A program made the position numbers and the translations under genes. 38,678 bases of DNA from an uncultured archaeon (GTDB taxonomy: Archaea > Asgardarchaeota > Lokiarchaeia > Helarchaeales > HEL-GB-A). Position 1 is the stretch's first letter; the number at the start of each line of letters is the position of its first letter. The DNA lies in assembly GCA_964353755.1 (NCBI GenBank), contig CAYGYC010000002.1, forward strand, positions 1-38,678, in the 5' to 3' direction. Shown piece after piece: positions 1-8,093 of the stretch. The notes below the pieces were generated by a model. The model saw only the letters and a list, made by a program, of their open reading frames with translations. It did no database searches and had not been told where the DNA came from.

Positions 1-1
1 C

Positions 2-388
2 CCGTATATCCACTCAACGATAAATGATTTTCGTTATTCTATTGCTAAAATCCTTCAGTGTGCCGAACAATCTGATGTCCAAGTAATGGTGCGCGGGCAC
101 CAGAAACCCCAGAATGCGTCCACTGAAAAAGCCAATTACCGGCTGTTTCTTCACGATATAGAGATGGCAGAGAAACGAATTCTCAAACTACTTGCAAAAG
201 GCGCTTTAACGGCGCATTATATGATGCCCTATATTTTTCGCCGCACCCATTTCCAGCATGAATTGATCTACCGGATATTAATGCGCACACAACAATTCTG
301 GATTACGAAATACCTGCGAGACCTCGAAGAAAAAAACCTGATTAAATCCTTTAATGAAGGAACTAAAATAAAATATATTCTTGTTTGA
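2..388 (+). CDS. hypothetical protein with C-terminal winged-helix-like segment; 5' end probably lies outside the window
   Basis: The frame is open from window position 2 (PYIHSTINDF...) through the tracked ATG at 86 to the TGA at 386-388. The C-terminal KYLRDLEEKNLIKSFNEGTKIKYIL looks like a wHTH recognition helix plus wing. No family recognised. Confidence 0.4.
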   Translation, partial: PYIHSTINDFRYSIAKILQCAEQSDVQVMVRGHQKPQNASTEKANYRLFLHDIEMAEKRILKLLAKGALTAHYMMPYIFRRTHFQHELIYRILMRTQQFWITKYLRDLEEKNLIKSFNEGTKIKYILV

Positions 389-453
389 ATAATGACTCTT
401 CAACATAAATCCAAAATAGACTATAAATAGATCTTCAGATATTTAATATATGA

Positions 454-1662
454 ATGGTATTAGGAGAGAACGAAGTGACACGAACAATAATTTTTACGGG
501 CAAAGGTGGTGTCGGAAAAACGACCTGTGCCGCAGCCTCAGCCCTCCAATGTGCAAAAATTGGGAAAAAGACCCTGGTCATGTCCAGCGATCCCGTGCAA
601 GCTCTTACGGATTGTTTAAACGTAGAGTTGGGTGTAGAGGAACCGAGAGAAATACGAAGTAATTTGTTTGGTCTGCAAATTGACTTAGAACGAGAAATCG
701 ATAAATACTATGGGACGGTTCGGAATTTTTTAATGCGGCTCTTCGAATCACGGGGTATCGAAACGGCGATTGCGAGTGAGATGGTTGCTTTACCAGGCTT
801 GGATGAATTGGTTTCCATCTTAAAGATAACTGAATATCTTAATCAGTTTGAAGTCATAGTTTTGGATACCGCACCTACCGGGCATACCTTCCGGCTTCTG
901 AGTTTTCCCCAAGTATTTAGTCTGTTCGGAAAGTCTATTCTCCGGATTCAACGCGGGATTATGAAAATTTTCGAGCCTCTCCGCGAACGCACGGAACAGG
1001 TCGTGCGCACGCCGATTCCAGATGAACTCTTCTTTGGGCAGATGGAAGGCTTAATTGAACGAGTCAATTCCATGCGAAATCTCCTTGTAGAATCCACGAA
1101 GACCACCGTGCGGATTGTTACGAATCTTGAAAAGATGGCCATTCTAGAAAGTGAACGGGCCTTAACTTTTATGAGCCTGTATGGCTTAAACGTGGATGCC
1201 CTGTGTGTAAATAAAGTGATTCCAGAAGGAATTAAAGATCCTTACTTTCAGAAATGGAAAGCCTCCCAAAGTGAGTATATGCGTCAGATTGAAACCAGCT
1301 TTTATCCGCTCAAAATTTTAAAGGTATATTTGAAAGAGGAAGAGGTTATCGGTCTAAAATCATTGGAAGCTGTAGCTACTGATATGTATGGGAAAAATGG
1401 TGACCCGTCCGAAATCTTTTCGCAGGAAAAACCCTTCACTCTCGAGACGGATCCAGAGGGCAATGTCATAATGACGATCAATTTACCATTTGCCAAAAAG
1501 GTAGGGGAAACCAAAATCCGCAAAAAAGGAGAAGAGCTTATCATACAATTGGGGGACTACAAGCGGATTTTATTGTTGCCCACCATTGCCCAGAATATGA
1601 AAATTGGAAGCGCCCGGTTTGAGGAAAATAAATTGATAGTTACCTTCATAAAATCTCCCTAA
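454..1662 (+). CDS. ArsA/Get3 (TRC40)-family ATPase with C-terminal HSP20-like (ArsA_HSP20) domain
   Basis: Deviant Walker A IIFTGKGGVGKTT and the ArsA/Get3 signature DTAPTGHTFRLL are present. The C-terminal ~75 aa (PFTLETDPEGNVIMTINLPFAKK...GDYKRILLLP...ARFEENKLIVTF) is alpha-crystallin-like. An alternative GTG start at 475 follows an AGGAG at 463-467. Confidence 0.9.
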   Translation: MVLGENEVTRTIIFTGKGGVGKTTCAAASALQCAKIGKKTLVMSSDPVQALTDCLNVELGVEEPREIRSNLFGLQIDLEREIDKYYGTVRNFLMRLFESRGIETAIASEMVALPGLDELVSILKITEYLNQFEVIVLDTAPTGHTFRLLSFPQVFSLFGKSILRIQRGIMKIFEPLRERTEQVVRTPIPDELFFGQMEGLIERVNSMRNLLVESTKTTVRIVTNLEKMAILESERALTFMSLYGLNVDALCVNKVIPEGIKDPYFQKWKASQSEYMRQIETSFYPLKILKVYLKEEEVIGLKSLEAVATDMYGKNGDPSEIFSQEKPFTLETDPEGNVIMTINLPFAKKVGETKIRKKGEELIIQLGDYKRILLLPTIAQNMKIGSARFEENKLIVTFIKSP

Positions 1663-1694
1663 CATTTGTAAGAGGCGTTCATACGCCAGAACAT

Positions 1695-2816
1695 GTGATT
1701 TTACGGGGGAAAAAAATTTGGCTGACGAAAGGCGGATTACTGGACTTATCCAATCAAGGGCTCTCCAATATTTCACCCATCGAAGGGCTGCAAGATCTCA
1801 CAAGTCTTAAATATTTGGTTCTGAACAATAATCGGTTCCTTAATCTTAATTGGCTTAAAGATATAGAAAGGTTACCCAATTTTCGGTTCCTAGCCCTCAA
1901 TAACAATCAAATTACGGCCCTTCAAGGCTTGCAATACCTACCCCGTCTTGAAACCTTGATTTGCACCAATAATAGGATTAAGGATCTCACGGGTTTAGAG
2001 AATTTGCATGCCCTTAAAAATTTGAACCTCTCCCACAATGGGATATATGAAAGTTCAGAAATCGAGAAATTAACAAATCTTGAGGACTTGGATCTCTCTT
2101 ATAATCGCTTACAGGTAATTAAAGGATTGAACTTATTAAAAAAGCTTATTCGATTAGACCTTTCTCATAATGATCCCGCAGAGATCCACGGATTGGAAGG
2201 TTTAAAGGAACTTCAATTTCTAAATCTAGAGTATAACCATATTTTTAAAATTGCGAATCTCGATTCACTTAGAAACCTGAGTAACTTGAATCTGGAAGGT
2301 AATCAGATCAAGAAAATTGAAAGATTAGAACTTCTGACGCGCCTTAAAGACCTCAATCTTAATAATAACCAAATAACCTCAATTGAGGGGTTAGATACTT
2401 TAAAAGAACTCCAATTTTTGCATTTAAAATACAATTCTATTAAAAAAATTGAAGGATTGCGCTTCTTGGATGCCTTAGAATATCTTCAACTCGATAATAA
2501 CCAAATCACTACAGTTAATGGAGGCGAATTTCCTCCCAATCTTCGATATGCGTCAATTAAATCAAATCAAATCCAGGACCTGCACAATTTGCCTTTTGGA
2601 ACCGCATTTCACTTCGAAAGAAATAAAATTACAAGTATGGAAGGGCTTGAAAACCATCTGCGCTATGATAAAGTGTTCCTTTTTGAGAATCCCGTTATGG
2701 CAGAAGTTTTTATGAATTACCCTCACTGGATTACAAGTGGCAAATATTGGAAATATTCAGTTCCCGAAGATGATTTAAAAGAAGAAAAAACAAAAAATGA
2801 TAATGAAATTGCGTAA
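1695..2816 (+). CDS. leucine-rich repeat protein (22-residue SDS22/internalin-class LRRs), no signal peptide
   Basis: About 13-14 consecutive LxxLxLxxNxIxxIxxLxxLxx repeats, e.g. LKNLNLSHNGIYESSEIEKLTN, LEDLDLSYNRLQVIKGLNLLKK, LKDLNLNNNQITSIEGLDTLKE. GTG start lies 32 nt after the Get3-like stop. Confidence 0.9.
   Translation: MILRGKKIWLTKGGLLDLSNQGLSNISPIEGLQDLTSLKYLVLNNNRFLNLNWLKDIERLPNFRFLALNNNQITALQGLQYLPRLETLICTNNRIKDLTGLENLHALKNLNLSHNGIYESSEIEKLTNLEDLDLSYNRLQVIKGLNLLKKLIRLDLSHNDPAEIHGLEGLKELQFLNLEYNHIFKIANLDSLRNLSNLNLEGNQIKKIERLELLTRLKDLNLNNNQITSIEGLDTLKELQFLHLKYNSIKKIEGLRFLDALEYLQLDNNQITTVNGGEFPPNLRYASIKSNQIQDLHNLPFGTAFHFERNKITSMEGLENHLRYDKVFLFENPVMAEVFMNYPHWITSGKYWKYSVPEDDLKEEKTKNDNEIA
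1737..2670 (+). repeat. tandem coding repeats (66-nt / 22-aa LRR periodicity) inside the LRR gene
   Basis: I aligned the repeat units by hand from the translated ORF. The boundaries are approximate. Confidence 0.75.
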
Positions 2817-2829
2817 AAAACAATCCGGA

Positions 2830-2997
2830 TTAAAGTTTGTTTTCTTTTTTTAATTTAAAATAACAAAAATGGCAAATTGGATCCGGCTTTCCATCGATCA
2901 TCCGCTCGATATACATAGAGCCACGTTCCGTAATCTTGTTGCAAATGATGCACTTAACGGTTTCTTGCGCTTTTTTATTTACATATGAGGCGGGCAA
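2830..2997 (-). CDS. candidate small zinc-ribbon protein (55 aa, CxxC-x22-CxxC), below the ORF-track length cutoff
   Basis: My translation of the minus strand is (M)PASYVNKKAQETVKCIICNKITERGSMYIERMIDGKPDPICHFCYFKLKKENKL*. The TTG start is 2 nt after the FGGY-kinase stop, and a GGGAG lies about 10 nt upstream. The region is about 47% GC over 2871-2970 by my count, against very AT-rich flanks, which fits coding sequence. Confidence 0.4.
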   Translation of the reverse strand: MPASYVNKKAQETVKCIICNKITERGSMYIERMIDGKPDPICHFCYFKLKKENKL

Positions 2998-2999
2998 TG

Positions 3000-4457
3000 T
3001 TAAAGATCTCCCGTAATTCTTTTCTTGTTCAACACCTCTAGGACAGCTGGCATAAAAACGCGAATAACTTTCTTGTAAATTTTGGTATTTTCTGGAATGG
3101 GCGATTTGGTAGTCGCAAATCGTACCATCTTTTGTATGGCTGCTTCAAAACTCGCATAATTTTTAAGTCCCACAAATCCTAGTATAGCGGCGCCCAGAGC
3201 GGCGCCATCCTTATTTTCTGCCACGCGAATTGGTTTATTGATAATATCTGCAAATATTTGAGACCATAAATCGCTGTTCATTCCTCCGCCATCGACCCGT
3301 AACTCTGTGGCTTTTTGCCTAGCCAGGCCCTCTAATAAGCCTAGATACACCTGCGCTGATAATGCAGCGCTTTCCAGAATAGCACGAATAAAATGTCCGC
3401 GAGTATGGCCTAACCCTAGAGCCATCAACTGGGCTTTCTTGAAAATGTAGAGCGGGAGGATCAATAATCCTTCACTCCCGGGTGGGACTTTTTGGGCTTC
3501 CGCCATCAAAGAATCATATATATTAATTTTTTTATCCATACATTCCTTAACTTGCGCTTGGGAAAAATTATCACGGAACCAATTCAGGGCAGTGCCTGTA
3601 CCCGGCATAGTACCTTCTAAAACCCATTTATTTTTTATGACATGGGGAAGGCTGAAGATGGGAATGTCCCCGGGCGAGGGAACGGGATGATCAACGACCA
3701 AATCAACAAAAGTACCGGTCCCCGTTGTGGTTTTTGCCTGCCCATTATTAACCACACCCAGCCCCAACGCAGAACATTGTTGATCACCGCCGCCTACTAT
3801 GATCGGTATTCCTTTTTTCAACCCTAATTCCGTAGCCGCAGCTTCCGAGAGTTCTCCAACAATTTCCCCGGGCATGCGGAGTTCAGGCCATAATTCCACT
3901 GGTAATCCATATAATTCGGCTAATTGCTCATCCCATTGATAGGAATCCATATTTAAAATTCCATAAATGGCATTGGAGGGGTCAGTAACTAGTGCCCCAC
4001 AGAGTTTCATGTAACAAAAGGCATCAGGAAAGATGATTTTAGAGGCGTTATTGAATAGGTTTGGATGATTATTTTTAAGCCATAATAACTTTGGAATGGC
4101 TCTCCTTAGCCCGCCTTCTTTTTGAAACTCCTTCATATCTGAAACTTCCCGTTCATCCATCCAGGTCAAAGCGGGATGCAAAATTTCACCGGTTTTGGAT
4201 ATGAAGGTACTGGATGCTCTATGAAATGCGGCCGATATGCCGATTAAATCAGCTGGATTAATTGCTTTACTCACTTTTTTGCATGTATTTTTGATTGCAT
4301 TCCACCATATAGCCGGATCTTGTTCAGATATTCCAGGAGGTTGTCTTTCAAGTTTGTATTCCTCATAAAATTTCACTAGTTCTTTTCCATCAATATCAAA
4401 AACAATACTTCTTGCCCCAGTTGTACCTACATCAAAAACTAGCAACAAATTGCTCAT
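3000..4457 (-). CDS. FGGY-family carbohydrate kinase (glycerol/xylulose-kinase-like)
   Basis: N-terminal actin-fold phosphate-1 motif LLVFDVGTTGARSIVFD and GGGDQQCSALGLG (GDQQ as in glycerol kinases). Length is ~485 aa. A GGTGA Shine-Dalgarno lies 4 nt upstream. Sits directly downstream of the G3P dehydrogenase gene. Confidence 0.85.
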   Translation of the reverse strand: MSNLLLVFDVGTTGARSIVFDIDGKELVKFYEEYKLERQPPGISEQDPAIWWNAIKNTCKKVSKAINPADLIGISAAFHRASSTFISKTGEILHPALTWMDEREVSDMKEFQKEGGLRRAIPKLLWLKNNHPNLFNNASKIIFPDAFCYMKLCGALVTDPSNAIYGILNMDSYQWDEQLAELYGLPVELWPELRMPGEIVGELSEAAATELGLKKGIPIIVGGGDQQCSALGLGVVNNGQAKTTTGTGTFVDLVVDHPVPSPGDIPIFSLPHVIKNKWVLEGTMPGTGTALNWFRDNFSQAQVKECMDKKINIYDSLMAEAQKVPPGSEGLLILPLYIFKKAQLMALGLGHTRGHFIRAILESAALSAQVYLGLLEGLARQKATELRVDGGGMNSDLWSQIFADIINKPIRVAENKDGAALGAAILGFVGLKNYASFEAAIQKMVRFATTKSPIPENTKIYKKVIRVFMPAVLEVLNKKRITGDL

Positions 4458-4476
4458 TATTTCACCTCTAAATTAA

Positions 4477-6252
4477 TTATAACTCGCCTTTAAAGAAAAA
4501 TGAATTTGCTTTAATATAAGAAAGGTAAAAATCTATTTCTGCCTTCTTTCTATTCTCGTTCCACCCCAGAAATGCGCCCATAATCTCGGCGGTGGTTTTT
4601 GCGACTTTACGTTGCCTCGAGGGATGGACTAACCAACAAATTTCGGTGCGTCTGCACAGAACATCATTCAAATGTCTTGGGATTTCATGTTTAATAATAT
4701 AAATAAGTTCTGCCTTTGTCCAGGGGAAGTATTTGGGGGGATATTCAGGATCGTGTATTAACAGTTCCGTTAAAGCATGATCTTTTAACATTTCATCAAT
4801 AATTATCAGCGCCCCTCTCCCAAATTCGATGTAAAGATGGTTCAATATCTCGGGATCTATTTTGCCTTGAGCCGCTTGGTATTGTTTACTCGCTTCAAAT
4901 TCATCGCGTTTAAGACTAATCTTGTACGGAATTTTGGCTATATTTTTGGCTTCAGACACATTATTAGTGCCATTTCTGGCGATATCGACTTTTCTACTCT
5001 TCAATATATATTTACGCATTAAATCTTCAGCCATAACCCTATAAGTCGTATATTTCCCACCAACTAAAGTAAACAGCCCATCTTCTCGCTCAAGAACTAG
5101 ATGTTTTCTACTCACTTCACTCTCTGACTTCCCTGGATCCAGCACTAACGGGCGGACCCCTGCATAGGTGCCTAAAATGTGGGCATCATCCATTTTTGCC
5201 TTAGGAAACAACAATTCTACGGTATTTCGGAGATAATCCACATCTTTTTTAGTAGCAACTGGTTTATCCAAATCTTCATCATAGAAAGTATCTGTTGTTC
5301 CTATTAAAACCCAGTGTTCACGAGGTAATACAAAGAAAAATCGATGGTCATCAATACTACTTATTCCAAAACCGTGATTAATTTTAAAATCATCATATTT
5401 GACCGCAAAATGAATTCCTTTACTGGGTCTTATTATTTTAGAGCTACCCGTATTTCGCAATATGTCATCTGCCCATATTCCCGCACAATTTACGACTACA
5501 GTTCCTCTGATAGTAAATGGTTCATGTTTGGCTTTGGGATTGAATTTATCATTCTCAACTACTTTAACTCCAGCAATCAATCCTGTTTCATCATGTATTA
5601 AATCTATCACTTTCAAATAATTGAGCGCAGTGCATTTACCCGAAGCAACGCTTTCTATAATTGTTTCAACGACAATTCTACCATCGTCCATATTGGTATC
5701 ATAATACAAGCCCACCCCCTGCAATTGATCCGTGTTGAGTTCGGGCTCTAATTCCGCTACTTTTTTCGGGTCGTCGATAATTTCCCACGGTTTATAATTT
5801 TGATTTTTACTACAATCATCATAGGTTTTCAAGGCAACTTTAATCATTTGCATATCATTACTGCTGGGAGGCAAAGCTTTTCCCGTACGAGGATCTGTTC
5901 TTTGACCAAAAACAGGTATAATAAACTGTAAAGGGCGCACATTATGGGGAAGCCCTTCATTTCGTAGCCAATCTCTTTCCCTGGTTGACTCTTCTACCAA
6001 TTTAATTTCAAAGGTTTTAAGATATCTCAACCCCCCATGGAACAACTTGGAAGATCTCGAGGAAGTGCCTTCCGCAAAATCATCCTTCTCAACCAGGGCA
6101 ACATTAAGCCCCCGCAATACGGCATCTCGAGCGACACCAGCTCCCGTTATTCCACCGCCAATGATAATAAGGTCAAATTCAGTCCGCTTCAATTTATTTA
6201 TGATTTCCGCCCTTTCTTTCTCGGAAAAACTGAGGTTCAGTATATCTTCCAT
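4477..6252 (-). CDS. FAD-dependent glycerol-3-phosphate dehydrogenase (GlpD/GlpA/GPD2 type)
   Basis: Dinucleotide fold DLIIIGGGITGAGVARDAVLRGLNVALVEKDDFAEGTSSRSSKLFHGGLRYL, plus GGKYTTYRVMAED and a C-terminal helical domain typical of GlpD/GPD2. Confidence 0.9.
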   Translation of the reverse strand: MEDILNLSFSEKERAEIINKLKRTEFDLIIIGGGITGAGVARDAVLRGLNVALVEKDDFAEGTSSRSSKLFHGGLRYLKTFEIKLVEESTRERDWLRNEGLPHNVRPLQFIIPVFGQRTDPRTGKALPPSSNDMQMIKVALKTYDDCSKNQNYKPWEIIDDPKKVAELEPELNTDQLQGVGLYYDTNMDDGRIVVETIIESVASGKCTALNYLKVIDLIHDETGLIAGVKVVENDKFNPKAKHEPFTIRGTVVVNCAGIWADDILRNTGSSKIIRPSKGIHFAVKYDDFKINHGFGISSIDDHRFFFVLPREHWVLIGTTDTFYDEDLDKPVATKKDVDYLRNTVELLFPKAKMDDAHILGTYAGVRPLVLDPGKSESEVSRKHLVLEREDGLFTLVGGKYTTYRVMAEDLMRKYILKSRKVDIARNGTNNVSEAKNIAKIPYKISLKRDEFEASKQYQAAQGKIDPEILNHLYIEFGRGALIIIDEMLKDHALTELLIHDPEYPPKYFPWTKAELIYIIKHEIPRHLNDVLCRRTEICWLVHPSRQRKVAKTTAEIMGAFLGWNENRKKAEIDFYLSYIKANSFFFKGEL

Positions 6253-6253
6253 T

Positions 6254-6874
6254 TTATTTCAACCCCATTTGGAACAATAATAATCCGATAAGCATCGTTA
6301 AAGGTGCCAAAACTAAGAGTAAAGGGAAAAGATCGGTGAGAACCTTCGTATTTAAAGCATTTCCTACGAGAAAAATTATAATTCCAAAGGTAATATCGAA
6401 GCTATTTATACGGATTTGTCCAGATGATTTCAATCCCACCTTTAAATACAAGATAGGTATGATAAGGGCTGAGGCTGAGCCGAAGGCCACCCACCAAGTT
6501 ACAAGATTCAGGTCATTATATGAAGGCACGATTAAAATTAGACTTGCAAAAACCAACACAGTGATAGTGGGAATGAATTTTAACTTGGGATACACGTATT
6601 TTTCAACGGCAAACATCAAGCCACCTATTCCCAGTACCGCGAAAAAGGATGCTATGACATATATTAATGAATCGGGATCCGTCCCATAAATGGAATTGAC
6701 AATGAGTAAAATTCGACAGAGCATATAAAAAACTGTAAAAAGCGCAATGCTTAAAAAATAAAACTTTCGTTCTACTTCCTTTTTTTGGGCTTTGATTATC
6801 AAATATCCTGTTAAAAATCCTAAATAAACCGTTAAAAATATAAAAAACGCGGTAGAAAGATTCTCATATTGCAT
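6254..6874 (-). CDS. polytopic membrane protein (about 6-7 TM helices), unknown function
   Basis: Strongly hydrophobic 206-aa ORF. Its stop is 1 nt from the G3PDH start. No NPA motifs, so it is not a GlpF-type channel. Confidence 0.7.
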   Translation of the reverse strand: MQYENLSTAFFIFLTVYLGFLTGYLIIKAQKKEVERKFYFLSIALFTVFYMLCRILLIVNSIYGTDPDSLIYVIASFFAVLGIGGLMFAVEKYVYPKLKFIPTITVLVFASLILIVPSYNDLNLVTWWVAFGSASALIIPILYLKVGLKSSGQIRINSFDITFGIIIFLVGNALNTKVLTDLFPLLLVLAPLTMLIGLLLFQMGLK

Positions 6875-6960
6875 TTTAAACCCTTCTTTTAATTGTGGCT
6901 TTTACACGATATTTAATTAATAGTAATGGGAGTTTAAAATTCATTTCGCTTCATTCTGAA

Positions 6961-8091
6961 TTAGACTATTCGATTAACTAATTCAACCAGATCTATTACT
7001 TTTAATTGTCCAAGGTTGGCGGATTTTTTAAAATGATATTTACAGAGCGGACAAGCCGAAATTAAATATTCTGCCCCAGTTTCAAGTGCTTCAGTAATTC
7101 GGTTCTCTCTCACAGCATCAGCAAGTTCTGGAAAGTTTGACCGGACACCACCTCCGGCCCCACAACAGAAGCCTTTCTCCCGCGAATGATCCATTTCTAA
7201 CACGGAGACCCCTTCCATTTTTTGGAGGATTTTTCGTGGGACATCATAAAAATTCATTCCTCGACCGAGATGGCACGGATCGTGATAAGTAACCTTAGAT
7301 TTGAGTTGTTCTCGCGAGATATCACCTAATTTATTATAAATAACTTCACTGATATGCATAACATTAACATTAAAATTAGGTCGATGCTTTGGATAGAAAT
7401 CTTTGATAACTCTATAGCAAGCACTACACGGAGTAATGATTTCTTTAATTGCATGGGTTTGCCATTCTTCAACATTATGATTCATTGCTTCAATTACTGG
7501 ACTTAAAAAGCCAGTGCGAATCGCAGGAGATCCACAACACCATTCGTCTTCCATTATTGTAAATTCAACTTTTAATTTCTGTAACAATTCAATTGAAGCT
7601 CGGGCAATTTCAATTTCGCGATAGGAGCCCATACATCCCAAAAAAAGCACCGAAGAAACATCTTCCTGAGTTCTAATTAAATCTTTAACTGAGTTATATC
7701 GGTTTGCGTGAGTTTCATTAAGTGGATTATGATGTTCGGAGATACTCTTGGCAATTTTTGAATATTGAGAAACATCGATCCCAGATTCTACGATTGAGGC
7801 TCGTGCAAGTTCCATTAATTCGGCTTCATCTACTTTAGGAAGGCAAAAGGAATTACAGAGATTACAAGTCAGACAGGAGAATATGCTTTCCAAAGCTCCT
7901 TGATCATAGGAACGGATTCCCTTTTCATTTAAATTCACATGGAGAGAGCGAATATAGGGGGTCAGGTTCTCTGAGGCTGAGGCAATGACAGTTGGGCAAT
8001 TATCACGGCACATTTTCATGCAAGTACTGCACATTTCCAGTCTAAATCGAATTTGGCGTGGCAGTCCTGTCTTTTGCGTCAATCGAATCAC
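6961..8091 (-). CDS. (Fe-S)-binding CCG-domain protein, GlcF/GlpC/HdrD-like
   Basis: Two ferredoxin-like Cys clusters (CSTCMKMCRDNCP, CLTCNLCNSFC) and two CCG motifs (WCCGSP, FCCGAGGG). The start is 2 nt after the stop of the upstream flavoprotein gene. Confidence 0.85.
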   Translation of the reverse strand: MIRLTQKTGLPRQIRFRLEMCSTCMKMCRDNCPTVIASASENLTPYIRSLHVNLNEKGIRSYDQGALESIFSCLTCNLCNSFCLPKVDEAELMELARASIVESGIDVSQYSKIAKSISEHHNPLNETHANRYNSVKDLIRTQEDVSSVLFLGCMGSYREIEIARASIELLQKLKVEFTIMEDEWCCGSPAIRTGFLSPVIEAMNHNVEEWQTHAIKEIITPCSACYRVIKDFYPKHRPNFNVNVMHISEVIYNKLGDISREQLKSKVTYHDPCHLGRGMNFYDVPRKILQKMEGVSVLEMDHSREKGFCCGAGGGVRSNFPELADAVRENRITEALETGAEYLISACPLCKYHFKKSANLGQLKVIDLVELVNRIV

Positions 8092-8093
8092 CT

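Noticed and set aside
2869-3006. I found a plus-strand 45-aa ORF (MANWIRLSIDHPLDIHRATF...) in the GC-elevated spacer and also considered an sRNA.
   Set aside because: The ORF has no recognisable features and overlaps the kinase stop. The minus-strand frame, with four well-spaced cysteines and coupling to the kinase stop, explains the GC island better. No C/D-box or tRNA-like elements were found.
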